The position numbers were made by a program, and so were the translations under genes. This document shows, piece after piece, positions 1-10,800 of a stretch of DNA of 64,000 nucleotides. The stretch lies in assembly GCF_964355755.1 (NCBI RefSeq), contig NC_092670.1, forward strand, positions 548,201 to 612,200, given 5' to 3'. This DNA is from Antedon mediterranea. Its lineage: Eukaryota > Animalia > Echinodermata. A model generated the notes under the pieces. The model searched no databases and was not told where the DNA came from. It saw only the letters and a program-made list of their open reading frames with translations. Position 1 is the first letter of the stretch. Each line of letters starts with the position of its first letter.

Positions 1-2319
1 TACTAAAGGCTGAGTGCCTGCGAGTTTTACGTGGTAACAGTCGATCAGATCCTATCCTTAGCATATGTGCATGCAATGAAAGGTAAACTCTATCTACATC
101 TTAAAATTCACTATAAATTAAATAAATACCCAACAGACTTCAGATGCACATTCTATACTAATATGCTAGCATGATGATGATACTAATATGCTAGCATGAT
201 GATGATACTAATATGCTAGCATGATGATGATACTAATATGCTAGCATGATGATGATACTAATATGCTAGCATGATGATGATACTAATATGCTAGCATGAT
301 GATGATACTAATATGCTAGCATGATGATGATACTAATAATATGCTAGCATGATGATGATACTAATATGCTAGCATGATGATGATACTAATATGCTAGCAT
401 GATGATGATACTAATATGCTAGCATGATGATACTAATATGCTAGCATGATGATGATACTAATATGCTAGCATGATGATGATACTAATATGCTAGCATGAT
501 GATGATACTAATTATTATGTAATTCGTTGATTGTAAACCAGTACATATCAGTATTTGTATATTATTATGTAATTCGTTGATTGTAAACCAGTACATATCA
601 GTATTTGTATATTATTACCAGTACATATCAATATACTAATCGAAACTAGAGGAAAATGTTTCACTAATATTATTCTCTTCAATTTATAGACTGGTGCTAA
701 ATACCATCAACAATTTGTTAATCCTAAACTTTGAAGAAGTGAAATGGGATTATGACCAATTAGAAGAAAAAATTGAATTACTTCGGTATAAAAACCATTA
801 CAAAGACGCACCATTACGGCACCACTCATATTCTTACGTTCGTGCTCAGCGCAGTGAACGGGCACAATCAGCCAATCCCAAGGTTTTAAAACATAGCCAA
901 TCAGATCCACAGATTAAGCATGCCAGTTTGAATAGATCCAGGGCTCAAAGTTTGCCTCACAGTACACGAGGGTTGAGTGCAAACAACCGGAAGAGGGCAG
1001 AGTTCGTACAGAAGGTTGTAAAGGAGGTCAGTCTGACGCAAAGTCTAACAGGCAGCGTTTATCACAATACACAGGCTTCGGAGTCAAGGCCTGGAACGGC
1101 TGTTCACAAGGGAAATGTTTCAAGGCCTCAAAGTGTGGCCTTAACACACAACTCATTCAAATCTAATCTCGGCATGTCTAGATGCAGCAATCAAAAAATA
1201 TTGCGCCCTCCTACAGGTATGTCAATTGTGTCACGACCTCCGACAGGATTGTCGTTTGTATCTCGGCCTCCTACTGGGATGTCGATAGCGAATACCAGTC
1301 CTGTTTCACGGCCACCCACAGGAATGTCGAGGTCGAATACCCGCAATGACTTGCATAGTCCAACAGGTATTCTCAAGAATATGTCCACAAGGCCTCGTAC
1401 CGCTTTATCTAACATAGATCAAATAAAACGAAACAAAATGCAGTCTGCAAAGAGAGTACAAAGTGCCCCAGTGGGGGTGACCTTTAGACCAGATTCATAT
1501 TTATCATATTCTGAAAGCAAAGCTTTGTATCGTTCAAAACTACGAACAATGGGACGAGAAACACCTCAAGACCAATTGTTATTAACTGTCAATTCTATCG
1601 AAAGCTCAAAACAAAACAATGAACTTGTGCGGAATACTACCCACAATGCCAAGGAGATTGACTGTGGTGTGCGAGTAGTTGGCATAAGTGACCTGCCTAA
1701 AACAAGGTCAGTTATACGTAGAGCTTTCCTCACAAAACAAACAGATAGAGTCAAGGAAAAAGATGTTTTAATAACAAAAATACAGTCAGTTCCTGCTGAT
1801 AAACTGCCATTTGAAAGTATACATCCAAAGAACGTAAAGACGAGCATTCCAGAAGTACAAGTGATTCGACCAAATACAGCAGAAACAATCAGAATGGCGG
1901 ACATCACCAAACACAAAGCGTTAAGATCAAGCAGTGCTGGACCGGTCCTGAGACAAACCGCTCACTTCAGCAATCTGCCACAAAAAGAAGTTCCAAAACA
2001 GAAAAAATACCATGGCTACAAGACGTCTTCAACTGCAGATATTGACCCTATCCCGATGTTTATTGGGGAAAGCAAGGCCGCGCGGAAAGTAAAGCCGCCG
2101 TACCTCAATGCCCCCGACTCCACAGTTACGGACCCACTCGCAGTTGGTGGAAATTTTAAAATCAGAACCAGAGCGCAAACTAATGATTATTTAACTTATG
2201 TTACTGGACTGCAAAAACAACACAGGGAAAATGAAGTCTTAAAAGCTGAGAGAAAACAACAAAAACTGTGGCTGAGGATGGCTACAGGTGGTAGACCAGT
2301 AAATGTTGGTACTGGGTGA
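1..2319 (+). CDS. FBXW10: F-box/WD40 repeat protein 10 (FBXW10/CDRT1-like), last two exons (<1-82, 690-2319), 5'-partial
   Basis: Exon 1-82 (LKAECLRVLRGNSRSDPILSICACNE, GT donor at 83) splices in phase 2 to the AG acceptor ending at 689, giving RLVLNTINNLLILNFEEVKWDY. This resembles the last WD blade of vertebrate FBXW10 (recalled: KCLKVLKANGRGDPVLS..RMVVNTESNVLMFQFEHIKWQY). Tail motifs DQLLLTVNSIE, VKTSIPEVQVIRP, DPLAVGGNF and KLWLRM also align with recalled FBXW10 motifs. Confidence 0.8.
156..512. repeat. 25-bp minisatellite (TACTAATATGCTAGCATGATGATGA)n, about 14 copies, in FBXW10 intron
   Basis: Direct tandem copies; each contains the palindrome ATGCTAGCAT. Followed by a 50-bp tandem duplication at 511-610. 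Confidence 0.95.
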
Positions 2320-2366
2320 TGAGGATGGCTACAGGTGGTAGACCAGTAAATGTTGGTACTGGGTGA
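2273..2366 (+). repeat. 47-bp perfect tandem duplication spanning the FBXW10 stop codon
   Basis: TGAGGATGGCTACAGG...TACTGGGTGA occurs at 2273-2319 and again at 2320-2366. Confidence 0.95.
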
Positions 2367-2702
2367 TGTGCAGTAATTTCACGCAATTCATTCTAATCTA
2401 ATGTTAATTCATAAAAGTTTTATAATGCAAATAACACCAACAAGATGCTATTTAATTATAAATGTTGATACAAATGTTTTACGTAAATGAAATGAAAAAG
2501 AAATTGTCAATTACTATGCAAGCTAATACCAAATATAAATTTAAGGTGCAATTTTTTTAATGTTTAAACTAATAATAGAAAGCGATAACGACGCGTTTTT
2601 CATATTTTAAATATAAAGATAATATTGCATAAGAAACAAAGTATTGTATGTATATTTTATGCATAATTATAATTGATATTGTATATATTCTTGTATATTG
2701 TT

Positions 2703-2837
2703 GGGCCGATCAGATAGGTATAGGATGCAGGGTGTACACTATTGGGTGGGGTGATCAGATAGGTATAGGATGCAGGCTGTACACTATTGGGTGGGCCGAT
2801 CAGATAGGTATAGGATGCAGGGTGTACACTATTGGGT
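2703..2837. repeat. 45-bp tandem repeat x3
   Basis: GGGCCGATCAGATAGGTATAGGATGCAGGGTGTACACTATTGGGT repeated three times. Confidence 0.95.
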
Positions 2838-3909
2838 AAATATAGGGTGCTATTTAGATGCTACAATGAAGCCTAGGTTAAAGCATGCAATTGTTTGCAT
2901 TTGATATCTACAAACTAGTCATGAAACATTATTTTCAGACAATCCAATGATCCTTACGAATGTTATGTGTGTTCACACTTACTAGTGTGAACTCTTATGC
3001 AAGCTTAAGCTGATCCGAGTTACATCAGCGCCTGTGACCAGTTGACACTTTTATAGCTCAGATTTACCTCTGATATAACTGATAGGTTTCAGAATATAAC
3101 AACACTTCTTATCCAATCATACTGTATAACAGAGGTTTAACTGATTGCATTTCAACAAGCTGAACGGCAATATAACTCCGATAGACTAAGATAAGAGTGT
3201 AAACATAGCTTTAAATTGATCTAATTATTTTAAGGTTTTTTTTTTCAATTCATATACAAAACAACATTTCAACAAATGTTTACATTTATTGTAAGCAACC
3301 ATACTCTTTAAAATAATATTCAAATATACATTATTTGTTTAAATATCAGATATACATAATAGTTTATGTAAATACATAAGGATAAAGAAAAAACATTTAT
3401 TGTAATTCTCAAATAACTGTTGAAATAAATGCAGTAGTCTGTATGTGCATATGTAATCTTTGGTGCCGCATTGTCATCTTGTTCAACCAAGCATGCAATA
3501 TATAATTTTAAATACTAAACCGCTACAATAAAATATGGCACTACAAGATAATGATATATGTTGAGTGCAGCGATGTGTGTGTGGCATATTTATTAATGTA
3601 CAGTACTTAATAATTATCAATTATTGCACAAAAATGTGTATATAATTCTACTTTATCCTGAACCTTTCTTGATTATTACAGAGTTTATAAATAGTACTGT
3701 CATGTCAACGAAGAAACATAACCAAATATTTTTATTATGAAAAATAGCTTTTTTTTCCTCAAGTGAAGCATTTATATTTTCATATTTATACATGATACAT
3801 GATACCTGTTGTATTTATAAGAAATTTGCATAGAACCCTTTAAATAAGGGTTATTTGATAATGTTTACCTGTACTTGCACAAAAATACTGTATTAGATAA
3901 TACTTTACA

Positions 3910-4170
3910 CATCCTATACTAACAAGAAAATCACATTTTTGCGAGATTCTCACAACCTATATTAACATGTAAAATGCATCTTTTGTGAGAATCGCACATC
4001 CTATACTAAAAAGTAAAATGCATGTTTTGCGAGACGCACATATCCTATACTAACAAGTAAAATGCATGTTTTGCGAGACGCACATATCCTATACTAACAA
4101 GTAAAATGCATGTTTTGCGAGACGCACATATCCTATACTAACAAGTAAAATGCATGTTTTGCTATACTAA
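3910..4170. repeat. 44-bp tandem repeat, about 6 copies
   Basis: TCCTATACTAACAAGTAAAATGCATGTTTTGCGAGACGCACATA; the left copies are diverged. Confidence 0.9.
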
Positions 4171-4872
4171 TACAACATGCATTTTGTGACGATTAAATAT
4201 GAACTACTTGCTTTCTCACAACGCATACTAATATCATTGATACACCATCAAATGTTTCATCACTCACTCAATTCGTACCTCTAGACTAAACATTACATTC
4301 TTGCTGGACTTATTGCATAATATTTACATCCTGCCAACTAAACTCTTGCAAAATATAGTGTATGAATATAATCTATTATTTCTTTGGAATTCTTATTCGC
4401 TCATTTATTTTTTTGTAAATTTTAGTGTACCTTAGTTTGATTTTATAATTTAGTAAACCGAAACTTTGTAACCATTTGGAAACAATATTAAAACATTAAC
4501 ATGACATGAATGTTTACAATATTAAAACATAACATGACATGAATGTTTACTAAAATGTAATGTATGCTACATTGAACCTTAGTGCAGTAAGTTAGTAGTT
4601 TTAAAAAGTTGTGTTTAAAAATGTTGTATGTACATAACAAGTTGATGCGCGCAAATATTTAAACGTCACACAATTAAACCCACATGACATTAAAAAAATA
4701 TTACTTGTTTTTTGTTTTTTTCTGTCCACCGATGGACTAGCTAGCATCACATTTAGTCAAGCTGAAGAAACAGGATTGTTACTATAGCAGTGATCAGTGA
4801 CCATCTTGGACTACCCGAAAGTCGTCAATCTAAGAGCTAGTCCGGTTTTATTAAAAATAACTTTTAAATTTC

Positions 4873-7800
4873 TCACATTGAAATCAAAGGCTTATATTCT
4901 GCTTTCTCTTTTCCATCTTTTGCTACTTTTTTGGATACAAGTTTATAAGTATTTTTAACGTTTTTTGCAAATTTTTTAAACGTTTTGTTATGGTTTTCTT
5001 CTTGAAAATCAAAGTTTGCGACCTCAACGTGCCTCCTTCGCGACCTTTTGACCTGCTGAGCCACGAGAAGAATTGATATAAAGCAGGCAAAGACGCCAAA
5101 CACAATACCTACTGTGATAGCTATCGCTTTTTGATGTGGTAATACTGTGGATAAATAAAAAAAATGTTCATATTTTGAGTTTTGGAGTAAAAGAGTCCAG
5201 TATATTTTTACTCTTGAAGGACATGCAGTACAATCAATTCTAAAAAAAAACCTCATCAAATCAGTGCAGGTAGGTAGCGTTCTAATTTGCTAAGGTAACT
5301 TATAGGTTCAGGTGTAGTTTGGTTATCAATCTACTGTAATACTAGACTTTGGGCATCTATAACAATTTATTTACCCTATCCACTGTAATACTAGACAATG
5401 GACATCAATTGCTTTACCCTATCCACTGTGATAAACACTGGAATGCACTTTAGACTATAAATTCTAGGAAATTAGCTCTAGTCGCAGTAGCCTTGGACAA
5501 AGATTTAAATAATTGTAATTTTAATTCCTTTTTTGACCAGTGCCACATAGCATAAACTTAAGCAAGACTTACATAACAAAAGACAATGGACTTACCTTGC
5601 TTGACTTTGATGTTAGTAGCTACATTAAAGTTGCTAACATCATTAGCAACATTTACACTCAGACAGTGTGTCCCCGAGTCATTGAAGCGGAACTCAATGG
5701 TTGCTGAATGATTATATTGCATTACTGGATTGCATTCATCTGTAGCGCCCTCACATGTTGAGTTAGAATGCAAACGACTACATAGATAAGCAGGAAGACT
5801 AGAAAAACAAAAAAGTGTTCAACAACATGACTGATGACTGCTGTGGTGACAACGTACTGTGGTTTTTTTACTATTTTAGACAGATTCGAACACAGGATTT
5901 GAGAATGACAAGAAGGTAAACCACCTACCTAATATTGAATGTAATAATAACCCATTTTCATGACAAAACAATACAAATAAACAATACAAATAAACATGAA
6001 TGAACAATGTCTAAACCATTTGGAAATTATGAGGAAAAAAAATAAATGATCACCACCGAATAGTAGAGTTTTATTTTGCTTACCTTCCTTCCCATGTAAC
6101 CGTGTAATTGTGAGTCTCTCCTTCTGAAACTTTGAAACTACCACTTATTAAAACATTACTGATTTTATCTGCAGGAAAAAAATTGATTCATAAATTACAT
6201 AATAACAACACTGTTACGTAAAGCAAAGTAATGTCAAAGGTCACCTTGGCATATTTGTATTTTTGTAATAAATTTCAAATTATCGCACACAGTTTATCAT
6301 AAATTAATTTCAATTCTAGTCAATTAATTCATGATTACACTGGAATAAATGAGTACACTTTAACAAACAAAACTAAGTTCAAAGTTCATATTATTCCAGT
6401 ATTCTGTGATTTGCAATATCAACATTTGTTTAAGTTTCTATTAGATGTCTTTCTCGCATACTTGGAGTCGTACACATTTCGTATGACTGAAGAAAGTGAA
6501 ACATGAAAGCTAAAAACTGCATAATATATATTTTTGTTTTAAATGCTCATTTTTATACTGTATCTTCTTTTTTTATACATTAAAGTAACATTGATTGTAG
6601 TGTAGTAGCTTAAGTACTCTGATTGTAGTGTAGTAGCTTAAGGCCGGTGCACACCGAACGCGAAGCCGCGAAGCGTCATGCGTCACGCGTCATTCGACGG
6701 ATCGCTTTGAAAGTTGAATTGTCATGCGTCTATTAGTTTTTCTTGTCGGTTCCCACTAAACGCGTCACGATGTGCTGATTCGTCGCGATTGCTAGGCCTA
6801 GGAGATAGTGGGTTGGCCAATAATACAATGCTACATTTAAAATAATCAGAGAAGATGACTCTGAAGTATTTCCTATGTAAGTTTAACCAGAGAAGAGGTA
6901 AATTAAAATGTAATTTAACTCTTCCCTGGTTACACCAATCACAGTGTTTGGTTTTGGTGAGAAAATGTTATCCTTTTCCAAAGCCTGAAATGTGCATGAT
7001 TGTATGTATATATCACAAGAACAGAAGAAGATGTATCCAATATCAATACAGTTACAAGAATTAAAGCATTTATTGCATGTTGATTACACGTACATATGTG
7101 ATCTGCTGACTGTATTTATTAGTGGTGTTACAAATATCTTTCAACAGAGGTTATTATAACCATATAAAACATTTCATATAAACACGAACTGGGAATCTTC
7201 CTGGGTTTGTTACTTTCAAATATAAACTATAGGCCTAATATTAATGTAAAGTTTTCACATTCATTTTCTAATTATTATTAAATATTATATTATTCATGAC
7301 AAAACATACAGTTTTTTTCTCATTTGATTAAATGTAATAAATATCCCTAACTCATATTTACACTGTATATTATCTTATGACTTTTTCACATAAATACACT
7401 TATTGAAATAGTGAATCATTGTTTTTAAAGGTATCATTAAATATCAACCATATTTTCTTTTTTACTATTCCTGAATACTTTCGCAAAATAATATCAAAAT
7501 AATAAATTAAAAATGTATCATCCCAAAAAAAAATGAAAATTGAAGAAATATTATTATTGTTAAAAGTGAATAACTAACCCTAAAGTGTTATACTGTATTA
7601 CACACAACGAAAATGTTTTAAATTATATTTTCAGGAAGACAATATATCTTGTCCAAAAAATGACACTAAACTTAAAGATGTATTGTCCCATAGAATCATG
7701 AAAAATGAAAATGATTAAAATCAAATTTGAATAGGACATTTTGTAGTTTTAACAAAGTTAATCACTTACATAGAAAAAAAAATCCCAACAAACTTTTGTT

Positions 7801-10800
7801 TTCACTTATAAAATGAAAAAAATTCCATTAGCTGGCAGCCAATTTGACTATTTTTTTAGTATTGGAGTATAACAAAACATATACATATATTTCTATGTGT
7901 TCTCTATTGCTAAAAAAAGACATTAAGTTCAGCTTTCCTTCTATAACCACTTAATAAATACTAGTTACAGTCCAACTCCTCCTTAATCTCTTCCATTTTC
8001 TATAAAAAAAATGAAACAAGTATTAAAAAATTGCTATAGTAAGGCATATTGCTCAAATCATTTTTTCTGGCCAATGTATGTCACCAACTGACATACACAT
8101 TTGAAAAAAGTCTATACAAACCTGTGTCAGCCTCATAATTGCCAGTCCACGTTTTTGAGGAGCAATTGCTCTTAATTCCATGGCAATATAGGCCTACTGG
8201 CCGCTTAAACTACTAGCTTGGTCATTGGTGGAGTTTGTATAAACGCTGGTAATAGCCTGAAGGATCCAATTTATCAATGTTCATCTAATTGACCTAAAAG
8301 AAACAAAAACAACAGTATTTATGTATTAATATTACTACTAGGCCTATCCTAGCCTTACAACACTAAATCAACTAAATATTAGGCCTATAAATATTAATTA
8401 ATAATAATAAGTAGCCTAGGCCTAGGCTAAACCTAGCCTAGCCTAGTAGGCTACTGTACTCATTTATTTGTAGGCTTAACCTAGGCTAGGCCTGGCCTAG
8501 CCTACTAGGGTATATGTAGCCTAGGCTAGCTAGGTAGGCCTAGCTAGGCCCTAGTATGGCCTAAACCTAGGTAGGCTAGAAATAGAAGGCTTGCCAACTC
8601 ACTTTACAAATTGATCTCTGACGCGTTTTAGGCCTAGTTTTTCTGGCATTCTTCTACACAGATGTTTGTCTGAAATTATTGTCTTCATGCATTAATCCTT
8701 ATGTTTCTGTCTGTGTATGACTTACTTCCCTTATCGTAAAGACATGAAGGGTAAGTATTTCCATAAAGACCTCGCTCGTCAGCCACCATTTTTTTGCCGT
8801 CGGTGTCGTCGATGAGAGATATTCCTGACTTCTGATTGGTTGACGAACGCAAACCGCGCTCGCGACGCCTCAAAAAGTTGACCAAGGTTCAACTTTTGAA
8901 AATTCGCGTGCGAAGCCTTCGCTGCTGTCGTTTTCAACGCGTTGAAGTTGAAATTCGACTATCGTACACTGTTCGCTTGTACGTTCACACTGGAAGCGTC
9001 CGTCGCCTGCCGCGTGCGTCACTTTTTAACGCGAAATTCGCGGCTTCACGTTTGGTGTGCACCGGCCTTTAAGTACTCTGATGAACACAGATTGTAGTTT
9101 AGTAGCTTAAGTACTCTGATGAACACAGATTGTAGTTTAGTAGCTTAAGTACTCTGATGAACACTGATTGTAGTGTGTAGTAGCTTAAGTACTCTGATGA
9201 ACACTGATTGTAGTTTAGTAGCTTAAGTACTCTGATGAACACTGATTGTAGTTTAGTAGCTTAAGTACTCTGATGAACACTGATTGTAGTTTAGTAGCTT
9301 AAGTACTCTGATGAACACTGATTGTAGTTTAGTAGCTTAAGTACTCCGATGAACACAGATTGTAGTGTAGTAGCTTAAGCACTCTGATGAAAGTAAAAGA
9401 TTCTAGCACAAGACCAACATTACAAAGCTTACCTTTTAAATCTATCAAAGATGTAAAATATCCTATTTTTTTAGAATAAAATTCTAACCCTGGTACAAAT
9501 GCTGTAATATTGACACCAACATCATACTGTAATGGCATGGTGAAGTTGTATACAATATCTGGCTGTAGAAAATGAATGAAATTGTAATAGCGATATAGAA
9601 AACATAGTGGCATTATTCTGCTGTTTGGCAGAAAGTTATGGGCTGCGGCTAGCAAAGTTGTGAGGACCAACACACACAAGGGTAACAGCCAAAAAAGGAC
9701 AATCAATAGATTATAAGAAATTAATAGTCCATTTTGGTTTTTTTATATTATTATGATGATCAAATTATAAAAAAAAAATTAATTCACATTTCTGTAGCCT
9801 CTCCTTTCATTGGCACTTTTCTGACTTTGTAATTATTTAGGAAAAAAATTCATTTTAAAATGCTGATCAATTTACCTGATTAAAAGTAGTTAGTTGATAG
9901 ACGTCTGCAATGTTCCATTCATATACAATATCAGCGTTTTCAAGGTACCCAGAAGGATCATAAACATTTGCTACAATTTCTAAAGATTGATTTGTTTCAA
10001 AAATGTTTTTATTCAAATTTGTAGAATTATTTCCTTGTGAAAATTCCAAGCTACCAGTCAAATGCTCTGAAAAAGAATTCACATGGTTAATATTTAAGAT
10101 TGTCGAGGCCAAAACAAATCAACTTACCTAAGCCCTAGTATAATATGAGCAACTACCTAAGCCCTAGTATAATATGAGCAACTTACCTAAGCCCTAGTAT
10201 AATATGAGCAACTACCTAAGCCCTAGTATAATATGAGCAACTACCTAAGCCCTAGTATAATATGAGCAACTCCAAATAAAGAGACACATGTTGAGAATCT
10301 GATTTAAAAAAATTATTTGATCATTTTCAAGAAACTTTTTGAAGATGTCTAGGAGTTACCTTTCTAAACTTATTCATTTGTATAAGTGTTTATTGGCCTA
10401 GTTTAAGGTGCTATGTTATTCATTTGTATAAGTGTTTATTGGCCTAGTTTAAGGTGCTATGTTATTCATTTGTGTAAGTGTTTATTGGCCTAGTTTAAGG
10501 TGCTATGTTTTTCAGTTCATACAATTGTAATGTACAGTTAGTACAGTAGATGAATAACGAAATATTTGGATTTTATTTTATTTTCATACTGTAACTGGCT
10601 AGATAAAAACCGAAAGTCAAAGTAATAAAAAAAAATGTGCATAACAACTAAATAAAAACAACTTTTTGCTTTCAGTTGTAAGATATGACTTTTATAAAAG
10701 TAAAGCTGATTTTGGTCAATCTGATTTTGGTCAAGCTATTAAATCCTTTTTTGAGCACAAAAGTCTAAATACAAAAGAAACAAAGCTCCTCTCTTTCTGA

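Noticed and set aside
1191-1916. Antisense ORFs over FBXW10, and similar ones over CCDC57 and XYLT exons
   Set aside because: Shadow frames of real coding exons with no independent motifs.
8685-8690. In-frame TGA in the MADF exon as selenocysteine or readthrough
   Set aside because: It replaces the conserved Trp and is followed three codons later by TAA; simple pseudogenisation explains it.
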